The notes: generated by a model from the sequence alone, not told the origin. Positions 9,178-18,845 are shown, numbered from the stretch's first letter. The stretch is DNA of 64,000 nt from Pseudomonadota bacterium (GCA_021324075.1 JAJPJW010000040.1:2255-66254), one strand, 5' to 3'. Made by a program: numbers and translations.

Positions 9178-9867
9178 CTACTTGTAAAGGAAGAGCGTCA
9201 GGTCCAAATGGTGGTAGTGGTCCATCAAGTGCACGCGGGAAACGCCCAGGCTTTTTCCGAAAGCCACCAGCTCCTTGGAGTGGGCGGTGAAGCGGTCCTT
9301 TTCCCGGATACCCGCTTCCGCGTTCAGGACGTTGAAGGCCGCCGCCTTGCGGCTTTGCCTCAGGGCGGAAGAAAGGACCGCCCGCATATAGCGCCAGTTG
9401 TCCTTCACCTTCACGTTGAAGACGCCGGACAATAAGGCGTAGTCGAACCGGCCGGAGCGGAAGGGCCGGGACAGGAGGCGCCGCGCTTCAAACCGCGCCT
9501 CGGGATAAAGCTTCCGGGCTTCGCGGATGACGTTGGGAAAAAGATCCACCCCCGTATAGTCCGCCTTCAACCTTTTCCCTTTTAAATACCCCCAAAAACC
9601 GCCTAGGCCGCAGCCGATATCCAAAACCTGGGCTCCCTTTAGGGGTCCCACCGAGGCCAGGGCCTCGAACCGCACCCGCTGGCTTTGCGCCGAATTCCAG
9701 CCGACCCTTTTTTCAGGCGCTTGGTGGCCCTTCAATTGGGATCGGTAATACCGTTCCAGGCCCAACAAATCCTTGGCGGAAAATCCCGGAAAATCCTTGA
9801 GATGGAAATGAAGGTGAAGCTGTTCGGGGGCGCTTGGTCTTTTGACGGGCCTTTTCATGCGCCGCAT
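9178..9867 (-). CDS. Class I SAM-dependent methyltransferase
   Basis: VLDIGCGLGGF motif I. The real start is ATG 9867; the upstream part of track ORF 9178..10758 is an R/G/P-rich out-of-frame overlap with the hydrolase gene. Confidence 0.8.
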   Translation of the reverse strand: MRRMKRPVKRPSAPEQLHLHFHLKDFPGFSAKDLLGLERYYRSQLKGHQAPEKRVGWNSAQSQRVRFEALASVGPLKGAQVLDIGCGLGGFWGYLKGKRLKADYTGVDLFPNVIREARKLYPEARFEARRLLSRPFRSGRFDYALLSGVFNVKVKDNWRYMRAVLSSALRQSRKAAAFNVLNAEAGIREKDRFTAHSKELVAFGKSLGVSRVHLMDHYHHLDLTLFLYK

Positions 9868-9941
9868 TGTCGAAGGAACGTTGTGCCTTTTCAACCCCGA
9901 AACGTCTTTTTGCGGAATGCTGTCGGCCTTGTGATGCTTCC

Positions 9942-10793
9942 TTAAGGAACAATTCCCCGGTAAAACGCGGTCGTCTGTCGGGCCGCTTCCAACAAAACAG
10001 GAGGTGGTTCGGTAAAGGGATGGGCGGCGTTGAACTTGTGGTTGGCCCCGGCCAGGATCGCGAGCCGGGCCCCGGTGTGGACCGCCGCCAGGCTTTCCGA
10101 TTCCTCCGGCGGGACCGAGCTGTCCTCCGAGCCGTGGACGAGCAGGACGGGCAGGCTCAGGTTGTGCAGGTAGGTCGGCACGTCCCCTTCCTTTCCCCAT
10201 TTCTCCACGTCGTCGAGGAAGGCGGTGGAGTAGCGGAGCACCTGCCCCGTGCGGGAGCTCTCCTGGGCGAAAAAACCCTGCTTGCGCCAGGCCTGTTTGG
10301 CCTCGTAGAGGTACCGGTTGACCCGGGAGATCGTGGCCCAGGTGGCCACGCCCCTGACCGCCGGCAGGCTCCCGGCCGCCAAAAGGCAGACCGCCCCGCC
10401 GCGGGAATGGCCCCAGAGGAAGAGGGAATCGGACGCGGGCAATTCCGGTTCCAGTTTCCCGCCCGCCGCGCATTGCACGATGGCGCGCAGGTCCTCCACC
10501 TGCCGGGTGAGGGTGTCCTCCTGGAAGGCCTGCAACTGGCGGAAGGGCCCGTCTGTTTCCCCACCCATGCCCGACCCGGAAAAGTTGAAGCGGACGACCG
10601 GGAACCCCTCGCCCGCGAAGAAGCCGGCCAGCCAGGGGAAGAAGGCCCAATCCTTGAACCCCAGGGCCCCGTGGGCCATGACGACGGGGGGATGGAGGAT
10701 TTCTTCCGGAAGCGACAGCGTTCCCCAGAGCTCGCGCCCTTCCCGGCCTTCCACGCAAAATTCAGCGGTCCTCAAGAGGCCCCCTTTAAACAA
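9942..10793 (-). CDS. Alpha/beta hydrolase
   Basis: 283 aa with the GHSRGG nucleophile elbow, an HG oxyanion region (VVMAHGALG) and a late LLVHGSEDSSVP / NH motif. The TTG start at 10793 is uncertain. Confidence 0.8.
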   Translation of the reverse strand: MFKGGLLRTAEFCVEGREGRELWGTLSLPEEILHPPVVMAHGALGFKDWAFFPWLAGFFAGEGFPVVRFNFSGSGMGGETDGPFRQLQAFQEDTLTRQVEDLRAIVQCAAGGKLEPELPASDSLFLWGHSRGGAVCLLAAGSLPAVRGVATWATISRVNRYLYEAKQAWRKQGFFAQESSRTGQVLRYSTAFLDDVEKWGKEGDVPTYLHNLSLPVLLVHGSEDSSVPPEESESLAAVHTGARLAILAGANHKFNAAHPFTEPPPVLLEAARQTTAFYRGIVP

Positions 10794-10822
10794 AAAAGGG
10801 GGGCGGCTGAGAGCCGCCCCCC
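10791..10822 (-). terminator. Rho-independent terminator after the small secreted protein gene
   Basis: On the minus strand: GGGGGGCGGC-tctca-GCCGCCCCCC followed by TTTTTTGTTT, 16 nt after the stop at 10839. Confidence 0.7.
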
Positions 10823-10838
10823 TGAGGTTGAATCTTAA

Positions 10839-11090
10839 TTAATTCTTGTCGTATTGCAAGCAGAGGTTCAACTGTTCCTTGGCCTTGTCGATGGCCGCCA
10901 GGGCGTCCACGCGGTGCCCGCCGAAATCATGGGCCGCCGCGTTCAAATCAGCCTTCGCCGCATCCAAGGCCCGGATGGCCGCCTTGATCTTGGGATGGCG
11001 TTCCTTCGCCAAAGCCGGGATGGCCGCTACCATGGTCATGGACATCAAAAAGCCCGTCATCAAGCCCAAAGCCAAAAGTTTCTTTACCAT
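10839..11090 (-). CDS. Small secreted protein (83 aa), HDFGGHR motif family
   Basis: ATG 11090 is preceded by AGGAGGAG. Signal peptide MVKKLLALGLMTGFLMSMTMVAAIPALA, then a helical Ala/Lys-rich body. Confidence 0.75.
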   Translation of the reverse strand: MVKKLLALGLMTGFLMSMTMVAAIPALAKERHPKIKAAIRALDAAKADLNAAAHDFGGHRVDALAAIDKAKEQLNLCLQYDKN

Positions 11091-11268
11091 AACTTCTCCT
11101 CCTGCGGATGAATTCGGGCCGGAGCCCGCGCCTTTTAAAAACCGGCTCCTTTTGGACGTTCCGGTCCCCGGAAAAGGTTCCACGACGCGCCCCGAAAAGC
11201 CCGAATAAGGAAGGGGGTATAATTTACAGGAGTGTAATACAACGCCTTGTTGGGGTTGGAAGTGCGCC

Positions 11269-11679
11269 GTGAAACTGCTTTTGTTGAAGTTCAAACTGCC
11301 TGTCCTGCTGGCCGCCCTGGCGCTGACCTATGCCCATTTTTTCGAGAAACCCCGGCCCTTGCACCGGCGCGTCCTGCCGGCCCTCGCCACCGAGGCCAAA
11401 ACCCGCCGGGCCGAGGACTTCCTGAACCGCTACTATTTCTTCATGTCCTACGTGGATTGCGGCGGCGCCTACGAAACCAAGGGCCACTCCAACAACGGGA
11501 AATACCTCGTCCGGGCCATGGGGGTCATCCACGACTGCGAAAAAGAGGGGGTCCCCATCGACCGCCGGTCGCTGGTCGAGGACAGCACCGACGACTTCCT
11601 GCAGGATTTCGAGGCCTCAAAAAACCCCAAGTCCCAGGTCCGCCTGTTGGGGATCGACCCCTGGGAAAGGTTCTGGTGA
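11269..11679 (+). CDS. Hypothetical protein with N-terminal signal/anchor (136 aa)
   Basis: GTG start, hydrophobic N-terminus KLLLLKFKLPVLLAALALTYA, ordinary composition. No family recognised. Confidence 0.5.
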   Translation: MKLLLLKFKLPVLLAALALTYAHFFEKPRPLHRRVLPALATEAKTRRAEDFLNRYYFFMSYVDCGGAYETKGHSNNGKYLVRAMGVIHDCEKEGVPIDRRSLVEDSTDDFLQDFEASKNPKSQVRLLGIDPWERFW

Positions 11680-11685
11680 CCGGGG

Positions 11686-12096
11686 CTATTTCTTCTTGAG
11701 CAAATCCCTGATCTCGGCCAGGAGCTCCTCTTGTTTCGTCGGCGGGGCCGGCGGCGCGGGAACGGCTTCGGCCTTTTTATGAAGGCTGTTGATGGCCTTG
11801 ACCATCAGGAAAACCGCGAAGGCGATGATGGTGAAATCCACCAGGGATTGGATGAAATTGCCGATGTTGATGGTGACCTCCGCGGCGTCCTTGCCCATCA
11901 TGGCCGGAGCCTTGAGGTGGATCTTGATGTCGGTGAAGTTGATGCCCCCGATCAGGTAACCCAGGGGCGGCATGAGCAAATCGGAAACGATGGAGGAAAC
12001 GACCTTCCCGAAGGCCCCGCCAATGATGACAGCGACCGCCATATCCACCATATTGCCCTTCACCGCGAATTCCTTGAATTCCTTCAACATGCTCAT
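11686..12096 (-). CDS. mscL: Large-conductance mechanosensitive channel
   Basis: MLKEFKEFAVKGNMVDMAVAVIIGGAFGKVVSS..LLMPPLG is the canonical MscL N-terminus. ATG 12096 is preceded by GGAGGA. Confidence 0.95.
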   Translation of the reverse strand: MSMLKEFKEFAVKGNMVDMAVAVIIGGAFGKVVSSIVSDLLMPPLGYLIGGINFTDIKIHLKAPAMMGKDAAEVTINIGNFIQSLVDFTIIAFAVFLMVKAINSLHKKAEAVPAPPAPPTKQEELLAEIRDLLKKK

Positions 12097-12153
12097 AAAC
12101 TTCCTCCCCTTTTTATTTTCGGAACCCTGTACTTCACAAAGCAAAGATTTTTT

Positions 12154-12273
12154 GCCACAGATGCATGGGATAAATGGGATGACTTCCGAAACCTAAGTCC
12201 AAAAATACATGCCCCAACCTGAAAATCTTTTTGGCTTTTTGCCTTATCACTGTGAATCCCATGTATCTGTGAC
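12154..12273. repeat. CAGATG-type inverted-repeat element, copy A1
   Basis: GCCACAGATGCATGGGAT (12154-12171) pairs with ATCCCATGTATCTGTGAC (12256-12273). It lies in the gap between the DUF255 gene stop and the mscL start. Confidence 0.8.
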
Positions 12274-12327
12274 TAAAAATAGACGTTTTGTCCGTCTGTC
12301 TTGTTAAAGACTAAGTTTAGCTGAATT

Positions 12328-14562
12328 TTACGGTTTTAATAAAAGCTCGAGCGCCTTCTTTTCGTCGGTGACCGGCAATTGGCATTGGTAGTTCCGGCAG
12401 ACATAGACGGTGGGTTTCCCCCCCTGGCTGGCGCGGCCCTCCACCCAGGGGATGAGGGCCGTCAAACCCTTCACCTCCCCCTCCGGGGCGTAGACCAGCA
12501 CCTTGTTGGGAAGGTAGTTTTTCCAAAGGGACTTGAGCAGGGTTTGGGATTCCTGCTTCGGCCCGGTGACGAAGATCTCCGCCGGCCCGTAGAAGTCGAA
12601 TTGGAAGGCCTGCAGCATCTTGGGAAAATTGGACGCGCCCCGGGCCAGCAGCCCGGAGAAGGCCTTGAGGATGCTATCCGCGCGGTCCCGGTAGGCCTTG
12701 TCGCCGGTGAATTCCGCCAGGCGGTAGTCGTTCAAGGCCGCCACCGAGTTGCCCGAGGGGATAACGCCGTCATAGGCGTCCTTGGTGCGCGCCAGAAGCC
12801 GGTGGGCGTCTTTTTGGTCGCTGCCGGTGAAATAATAGCCGCCCTTTTCGCCGTCCCAGAAAAGCCGCACCATCTCCTTGTCCAGGTCCATCGCCTTCTT
12901 TAAATAAGCGGTGTCGAAGGTGCTTTCGTACAAATCCAGTTGGGCTTGCTGGTAAAAGGCGTAATCGTCGATGTAGCCCTGGATGTCCGAGGGGCCGTTC
13001 CGGTAGGAAGCCAAAAGCCTTCCGTCCTTGAACAAATTTTTTCCGATGAAGTCCGACGCCCTTTGGGCCGCCTGGAGGTATTGGGGGTCGCCCAAAACCT
13101 GGAAGCCATAGGCCAGGGAAGAGATCATGAGGCTGTTCCAGGCCGTCAGGATCTTGTCGTCCAGGTGGGGCCGCACGCGTTTGGCGCGGGTTTCCAGGAG
13201 CCGGGCCTTGGCTCCCTCCCACCAGGTTTCGTCCTTCTGGAGGCCCATGAGGGCGTTGGGCAGGTCGGTCTTCAGGTGGAGGATGTTGCTGTGTTCGAAA
13301 TTGCCACCCTCGGTTGCGCCGTAAAGCTTCGCGAAAGCGGCGCCGTCCTTCTCCCCCAAGACCGCCTTGAGCTCGGCGGGCGTCCAGAGGTAGAACTTGC
13401 CTTCCTCGCCCTCGCTGTCCGCGTCCTCGGCGCTATAGAACCCGCCTTCCCTGTCCGTCATGTCCCGTGAGAGGTAGGTAAAGATCTCCCGCGCGATGCG
13501 GGCGTATTCCGCGTTTCCCGTCACCTGGTAGGCCTCCAGGTAGGCGCGGGAGAGGAGGGCGTTGTCGTAGAGCATCTTTTCGAAGTGGGGCACCAGCCAC
13601 TGGTTGTCCGTGGAATAACGGGCGAAGCCCCCGCCCAGCTGGTCGTAGATGCCGCCCTGGCCCATCTTATCCAGGGTCACCTCCACCAGGGGCAGTACCT
13701 TCCTGTCCCCCGTCTTTTGTTGGACGCGCAGGAGGAACTGGATCGCCATCGAGGGGGGGAACTTGGGCGCGCCGCGGAAGCCGCCGTCCTTGGGGTCAAA
13801 GCCGCTTTCCAGCTCCTGGCGGGCCTCGGTAAGGACCTTTTCATTTAACGGCCCGCCCGAGGTGTCCTTGTTGGGGGCGGCCACGATGCCCGAAAGCTGG
13901 GACCCGGCTTTTTCCACCTGGTCCCGCTGGGTCTTCCAGACCCGGGCGATATCCTCCAGGATGGTGGGGAACCCCGGCCGGCCGTAACGGGCGTCGGGCG
14001 GGAAATAGGTGCCCCCGTAAAAGGGCTTGAGGTCGGGCGTCAGGAAAAGGTTGAGGGGCCAGCCGCCCTGGCCCGTCAGGGCCATGACCGCGTTCATGTA
14101 GATCTGGTCCACGTCGGGCCGCTCCTCGCGGTCCACCTTGATGCAGACAAAGTTGTCGTTCATCTGCTTGGCGATGGCCTCGTTCTCGAAGCTCTCGTGC
14201 TCCATCACGTGGCACCAATGGCAGGTGGAATAGCCGATGGACAGGAAGATGGGCTTGTCATCCTTCTTGGCCTTCTCGAAGGCTTCCTCGCCCCAGGGGT
14301 ACCAGTCCACCGGGTTGTGGGCGTGCTGCAGCAGGTAGGGGCTCTTTTCATGGATGAGCCGGTTGGTATATTTATAGGATGCGGGTTTGTTTTGGGAATC
14401 CATCCACCACCCCGAACTCGAGATAAGAACCAACAACGAAAAAAGGAGGATGACCCTCGTCTTCACGGTCCCAAGAGTGACGGAAAAGAGGGACATAATC
14501 AACCCGATACGGGTTGAAAATTCTTTGCCAAGTTCCCTTGCAACGGCCAAAATAGCCTTCAT
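12328..14562 (-). CDS. Thioredoxin-domain protein, DUF255/YyaL family
   Basis: [35 protein letters not shown] signature followed by a long alpha-helical barrel region. The start is either 14562 or the ATG at 14496 (MSLFSV.. signal-like). Confidence 0.9.
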   Translation of the reverse strand: MKAILAVARELGKEFSTRIGLIMSLFSVTLGTVKTRVILLFSLLVLISSSGWWMDSQNKPASYKYTNRLIHEKSPYLLQHAHNPVDWYPWGEEAFEKAKKDDKPIFLSIGYSTCHWCHVMEHESFENEAIAKQMNDNFVCIKVDREERPDVDQIYMNAVMALTGQGGWPLNLFLTPDLKPFYGGTYFPPDARYGRPGFPTILEDIARVWKTQRDQVEKAGSQLSGIVAAPNKDTSGGPLNEKVLTEARQELESGFDPKDGGFRGAPKFPPSMAIQFLLRVQQKTGDRKVLPLVEVTLDKMGQGGIYDQLGGGFARYSTDNQWLVPHFEKMLYDNALLSRAYLEAYQVTGNAEYARIAREIFTYLSRDMTDREGGFYSAEDADSEGEEGKFYLWTPAELKAVLGEKDGAAFAKLYGATEGGNFEHSNILHLKTDLPNALMGLQKDETWWEGAKARLLETRAKRVRPHLDDKILTAWNSLMISSLAYGFQVLGDPQYLQAAQRASDFIGKNLFKDGRLLASYRNGPSDIQGYIDDYAFYQQAQLDLYESTFDTAYLKKAMDLDKEMVRLFWDGEKGGYYFTGSDQKDAHRLLARTKDAYDGVIPSGNSVAALNDYRLAEFTGDKAYRDRADSILKAFSGLLARGASNFPKMLQAFQFDFYGPAEIFVTGPKQESQTLLKSLWKNYLPNKVLVYAPEGEVKGLTALIPWVEGRASQGGKPTVYVCRNYQCQLPVTDEKKALELLLKP

Positions 14563-14567
14563 ACGGA

Positions 14568-15347
14568 GTGGTTACGACGGCCGGGCCCCTGGAGTTTCCT
14601 TTGATTTGCACCTATTGCCGCAATGAAAAAATGGACGCCGCCACCTGCCCCAACTGCGGTTTGGGGGAAAAGGAGGCGTTCCTGAAGGCTGCCGACCTTT
14701 ATTGGACCGAGGGACGGCAGGAGTTGGCGGTGGATTATTACGGCCGCTACCTGGCCCTCGAACCCGGCGATTTCGAAGTGGCTTGCAAGGACGCCGCCTA
14801 CCTGTCCGCCATGGCACGGGAAAGGCGGGACGCCCGTTTATTCGAGAAGGCCGACAAGCGGATCTCCCAAATCCTGGAAGGCCGTTGGGACTGGCAAACG
14901 GGCCATCAAAGCCGGGTGGACCTCTACTTTTGTTTCGGGAAGCTGGACGGCCTCATCGCCCAATACGAAAAAACCGCGCGGGAGGACCCGGGCCGGGCCG
15001 CGACTTGCGGTGAAATGATCCGGTTGATCCGCCTGGTCATGCGGTTTAAGGAGGAAAAACCGGCCGTTCCCGAAAGCCTGAAGGGCGGGGATGAAACATC
15101 CTTGGTGGTCGAAAGCTTCTGGCCGCTTTTGATGGCGGTGGTTTTTTCCATCGCCCTTTCGGTGCTGGTTCCCACATCCTCAGCCCCGGACGATGACACG
15201 GCCCACAAGCTGGCCTTGTTCCAACAGGCCGTCATTATCCTTTCCCTGCTGGGGGCGAGTTTTTACGGGATTTGGAAATACCAAAAAGAAAGCAAGGGCG
15301 AAAAGCCCAAGAAGCCCAAGGGCCCCCGTCCGACGTTAGAGCCCTGA
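14568..15347 (+). CDS. Zinc-ribbon / TPR-like membrane protein
   Basis: N-terminal CTYC..CPNC ribbon, a soluble helical region, two hydrophobic helices and a Lys/Pro-rich tail. A more likely start is the in-frame TTG 14601, preceded by GGAG. Confidence 0.6.
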   Translation: MVTTAGPLEFPLICTYCRNEKMDAATCPNCGLGEKEAFLKAADLYWTEGRQELAVDYYGRYLALEPGDFEVACKDAAYLSAMARERRDARLFEKADKRISQILEGRWDWQTGHQSRVDLYFCFGKLDGLIAQYEKTAREDPGRAATCGEMIRLIRLVMRFKEEKPAVPESLKGGDETSLVVESFWPLLMAVVFSIALSVLVPTSSAPDDDTAHKLALFQQAVIILSLLGASFYGIWKYQKESKGEKPKKPKGPRPTLEP

Positions 15348-15356
15348 CGCTTCCCT

Positions 15357-15388
15357 TTTCTCCCCGGGGATGGGAGCGCCGGGAGAAA
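15357..15388. terminator. Possible bidirectional terminator hairpin between convergent genes
   Basis: TTTCTCCCCGG ... CCGGGAGAAA stem (one bulge) in the 58-nt gap between stops at 15347 (+) and 15406 (-). Confidence 0.35.
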
Positions 15389-15405
15389 CAGCCGTCCGGT
15401 GACGG

Positions 15406-15774
15406 TCAGTTCCGCACGAGGGGGTTGCCGTCGCCGTCCTTGTAGGAACCGGTCACGATGAGGATCAGGTCCACCAGCGCCCAGATACCGCAGCCGCCCC
15501 CGGTCAGGAGTTGGGCCACCCCGATGCCGATGCTGCCGGTGTAAAAGCGGTGGATGCCAAGGCAGCCCAGGAAAATGCAAAGCAGCAGGGTGATGAGCCA
15601 GTCCTTGCCGTTCTGGGCCAGCCGCACCCCGCATTTGACGCAGACCACCGCGTTGGGCTCCGTTTTGGCGGCGCAATTCTGGCAGTAGTTCTTCCCCGCC
15701 TTCGGCGGAACGCCGCAGCTCACGCAGACTACGGCCTGGTCCGCCACTTCCTTTTTACAATTCCGGCAATACAT
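15406..15774 (-). CDS. Double zinc-ribbon / TM2 domain membrane protein
   Basis: Ribbons CRNC..CVSC and CQNC..CVKC, then LLCIFLGCLGIHRFYTG..WALVDLI, the TM2 signature. AGGAGG lies before ATG 15774. Confidence 0.85.
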   Translation of the reverse strand: MYCRNCKKEVADQAVVCVSCGVPPKAGKNYCQNCAAKTEPNAVVCVKCGVRLAQNGKDWLITLLLCIFLGCLGIHRFYTGSIGIGVAQLLTGGGCGIWALVDLILIVTGSYKDGDGNPLVRN

Positions 15775-15807
15775 GGGGCCTCCTAAAAAAACAAGGATGG
15801 ATGGATT

Positions 15808-16275
15808 TCAGTGCTTGCCCCGCCCCTCCACCTGCCGCAAGGCCTCGTAGAGCACGATCCCGACGGAAGTGGAAAGGTTCAGGCTTCGGATATCCTCGCT
15901 GTGCTGGGGAATACGATACAGCTTATCCTTGTAGACCTCGTAGAACTTTTTAGGGAAGCCCGCCGTTTCCTTGCCGAAAATCAAATAAGAACCCTTCGGA
16001 TAATCCGCCTCCCAATAGAGTTTCTTGCCCTTGGTGGAAAAAAAGAAAAGCGGGGCCCCGGTCGGGAAGCTCTCCAGGAATTTCTCCCAGGTGTCATGCC
16101 GGTGAAGCTTGACCTTTTCCCAATAGTCCAGCCCGGCGCGCTCAACCTGCTTGTTGTCCAGGTGGAAACCCAGGCGGCCCACCAGGTGGAGTTCGGCCCC
16201 GGCGGCTAGGCAGGTGCGGCCGATATTGCCCGTGTTCCAAGGGATCTCCGGCTCGATTAAAACGACATGAAACAT
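15808..16275 (-). CDS. trmL: tRNA (cytidine/uridine-2'-O)-methyltransferase TrmL (SpoU family)
   Basis: MFHVVLIEPEIPWNTGNIGRTC..RAGLDYW..IFGKETAG..RSLNLSTSVGIVLYEALRQ aligns along its length with E. coli TrmL as I remember it. GGAGGG lies before ATG 16275. Confidence 0.9.
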   Translation of the reverse strand: MFHVVLIEPEIPWNTGNIGRTCLAAGAELHLVGRLGFHLDNKQVERAGLDYWEKVKLHRHDTWEKFLESFPTGAPLFFFSTKGKKLYWEADYPKGSYLIFGKETAGFPKKFYEVYKDKLYRIPQHSEDIRSLNLSTSVGIVLYEALRQVEGRGKH

Positions 16276-16321
16276 TTTTTCCCTCCCCCGCGAGTTTATC
16301 AAGGGATCGGGTGGCTCCAAA

Positions 16322-16354
16322 TAAAAAAGGCCGCCGGAAAGGAATCCGGCGGCC
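16322..16354 (-). terminator. Rho-independent terminator after the phosphoesterase gene
   Basis: On the minus strand: GGCCGCCGG-attccttt-CCGGCGGCC followed by TTTTTTAT. Confidence 0.75.
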
Positions 16355-16415
16355 TGCGCCTCCCTCTTTTCCGGGGGCGCCCGAAACGAATTTTTTCAGC
16401 GAAAAGGGACCGGCC

Positions 16416-17831
16416 TCAGCGCCTGTCCAGATCCAGGTATTGGTCGCAATCATCGTCATCCAGCTTTAAGGCCCGCGCCAGGTTGTTGGCGGCGGCGTTG
16501 CGCGGCGACAGGGTCTTCAGGTGATAGCGGGACTGGATGAGCTTGAGCAGGGAGCCGGGCTCGAACTGCTCGTGGGCCACAAAGTGGTTCCAGGCGAAGG
16601 GCCCGACGATGACGAAGGGCGTACGGGGGCCGGGGCCGAAGCGGTCGGCCTGGTTGGGCTTGGTATGGCCGTCGCCGATGCGCGGCGGCGACACGTGGTC
16701 CCACCAGCCGCCGAACTCGTCGGGGGTGATGAGGATGAGGGTGTCCTTCCAGTACTTGCTGTTGCGCACGGCGTTCACCTGCTCCAGCACCCTTTCCTGC
16801 CCGGCCTCCACCGAGCTGGAGAAGGGGTGCTCGTCGTGCATGTCGTCATTCTTGATCCACATGACGGCGGGCAGGGTGCCGTTGGTGATGTCCGACTGGA
16901 ACTGGGAAAGGTCCTGGATATGGGCGAAACCGGGCTGGCCCGGGCCGTAGCCGTTGAACCACAGGAAGGGCGAGCCATCCGAGGCCTGGGCGGCCGCGCT
17001 GGTGGGGTCGGTTTCGGCGGCGGTCAGGCCTTCGGTGTAGGACTTCCAGGAAACACCCTTGGCCGAAAGTTCGTTCCCGATGTTATCTAGGTCCTGGGCC
17101 GGCAATTGGGGCGCTCCGGGGCCGAAGGAGAACACGAAGGAGGCGATGTTGTTGACCACGAAGAAATCCGGCGACAGGATGTTGTCGTTGAGCGTGGCCG
17201 GGTTGTTCGAGTCCACCGAAAGCAGCGAGGCGGGAGCGCCTGGATAGCTGGCTTCCTGGCCCGAGACGAAATAAATGTAGTTGGCGATGGAACCCCCGAA
17301 GACGCCCTGGAAATAATTGTCGCAGAGCGTGAATTCCTTGGCCAATTGGCCCTCGGGGAAGTCGTTGGCGTCGTAGTGGCCCATGCACATGCCGCCCCCG
17401 TCGGAAAAGGTGGCGTACTCGTCGTTCAGGCCGCCGTCGATCTGGTGGAAGCTGTGGTAGAAGCGGTGGATGACGTCCCGGGTGGTCAGGTCCGGCGTGG
17501 CGAAGAGGCTGATGTCCCAGGGCCCGTTGGGCACCGTGGCCGGGAACAGGTGGTCGGCCTGCCCCTGGCGGGAGGCCGCCGCCTGCACGATGGTCAGGGC
17601 CGCATAGGGCACCCCGTTCACGTCCTTCTGGATCACGTGGGAGAGGGGGGCGTCGTCGATGCCGTTGGCGCCGGGGAAATGGCCGTAGTAATGGTCAAAG
17701 CTCCGGTTTTCCTGGTAAATAACGAGGATGTGCTTGATGTCGTGAAGCCTGGCCGCGCCCGCCGTTCCCGCCAAAGACAGGACCAGGAAGCCCGCCGCCG
17801 CCAAGTGAAATAGTTTCCGGCTCTTTTTCAT
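16416..17831 (-). CDS. Secreted phosphoesterase family protein (phospholipase C / AcpA acid phosphatase family)
   Basis: Signal peptide MKKSRKLFHLAAAGFLVLSLAGTAGA, then IKHILVIYQENRSFDHYYGHFPG, the family signature. AAGGAG lies before ATG 17831. Confidence 0.85.
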   Translation of the reverse strand: MKKSRKLFHLAAAGFLVLSLAGTAGAARLHDIKHILVIYQENRSFDHYYGHFPGANGIDDAPLSHVIQKDVNGVPYAALTIVQAAASRQGQADHLFPATVPNGPWDISLFATPDLTTRDVIHRFYHSFHQIDGGLNDEYATFSDGGGMCMGHYDANDFPEGQLAKEFTLCDNYFQGVFGGSIANYIYFVSGQEASYPGAPASLLSVDSNNPATLNDNILSPDFFVVNNIASFVFSFGPGAPQLPAQDLDNIGNELSAKGVSWKSYTEGLTAAETDPTSAAAQASDGSPFLWFNGYGPGQPGFAHIQDLSQFQSDITNGTLPAVMWIKNDDMHDEHPFSSSVEAGQERVLEQVNAVRNSKYWKDTLILITPDEFGGWWDHVSPPRIGDGHTKPNQADRFGPGPRTPFVIVGPFAWNHFVAHEQFEPGSLLKLIQSRYHLKTLSPRNAAANNLARALKLDDDDCDQYLDLDRR

Positions 17832-18150
17832 GTTCGACTCCTTCAAGGCTGAACATCGAAAAACTTCCGGGCGCGCGTTGAAGGGGCGAAAAGGTCTGCA
17901 GTCCTTGGGCCCTTGTCCGCAGGAGCGGTTCACGGCCCCGGAAATTTTTCCGGGGCCCATTCTGGAAAAATTCCGAAAATAAAAATCAACCGGCGGTTAA
18001 TTGAAGGTAAAAGCCGCCCCGGTCGAATATCGATTCGACGGAAAACGATTGGTCCGATTTTCAAATTTATTTTCCGGGCGGGGCTTGAAAAAATTTTCAG
18101 GCGGGGATTTTTCCGGCTTCGGTTTTACCGCCGCCGGCCTTCGGATTTTT

Positions 18151-18750
18151 TTAAGGCGCCGGGGGGGCAAAGGCCGCGGAGAAGGTTTCCCGCGCCGTGA
18201 TGCGCCGGCCCGTGGCCGGGTCCACCGCCACGTGCTCGTTGGGCCCGCTGTCGTAGAAGCTGAACTTGCGCCGGTGGATGCGGGGCGGTTTGCGCCCTTC
18301 CGAGGCGTCGATATAGGTCACCACCCAGTTGCCGTAGCTTTCCACGATCCCGCAATGGGTGTCGGTGTCCGACTCGTCGATGTGGCCCGTGCGGTTCTTG
18401 TCGTAGGTCTTGTTGAAGATGATGATGTCGCCCGGCCGGATGTCGGCCGCATGGGCGCGGCGCGTGTGCTTTTGCTCCAGGTAGATGCGGATGTCCTTGG
18501 TCAGGTTGTGCCCCAGGTAGCCGTATTTGGCGAAGAAGCGGTCCATCTCGGGAGAGTGGTAACAGGCCAGGACGAAGTGGGAGCAGTCGATCTTCCAGTC
18601 GGGCCGGGACTTGAGGTAGGTCTGGGCATTGTGGAGGGCCTCCTCCGGGGCGGCCTGGCTGCCGCTAGGAGAGACCTCGTAATAACCCACCGGAGCGCAT
18701 CCGGACAAAGCCAAAACAATCCCCAAAAACCAAAAACCTTTTTTTGCCAC
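18151..18750 (-). CDS. NlpC/P60 (C40)-like lipoprotein
   Basis: Lipobox LALSGC, candidate catalytic Cys in KIDCSHFV, IRPGDIIIF, and His in THCGIV. The only start giving a proper lipoprotein signal is GTG 18750 (V-AKKGFWFLGIVLALSGC). The upstream part of the track ORF overlaps mprF. Confidence 0.6.
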   Translation of the reverse strand: MAKKGFWFLGIVLALSGCAPVGYYEVSPSGSQAAPEEALHNAQTYLKSRPDWKIDCSHFVLACYHSPEMDRFFAKYGYLGHNLTKDIRIYLEQKHTRRAHAADIRPGDIIIFNKTYDKNRTGHIDESDTDTHCGIVESYGNWVVTYIDASEGRKPPRIHRRKFSFYDSGPNEHVAVDPATGRRITARETFSAAFAPPAP

Positions 18751-18833
18751 AGATAGACACAGATGAACACGGATGAATAATTTATCCAAAAAATCTTCGT
18801 CCTTATCTGTGTTTATCTGTGTGCATCTGTGGC
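18746..18833. repeat. CAGATG-type inverted-repeat element, copy A2
   Basis: GCCACAGATAGACACAGATGAACACGGATGAATAA pairs with CTTATCTGTGTTTATCTGTGTGCATCTGTGGC. Each arm is three roughly 10-bp CA(C/G)GAT units. Confidence 0.85.
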
Positions 18834-18845
18834 TAATCAATGATC

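Noticed and set aside
9868-10758. N-terminal 297 aa of track ORF 9178..10758
   Set aside because: It is Arg/Gly/Pro-rich and overlaps the alpha/beta hydrolase gene in another frame. The methyltransferase domain starts after ATG 9867.
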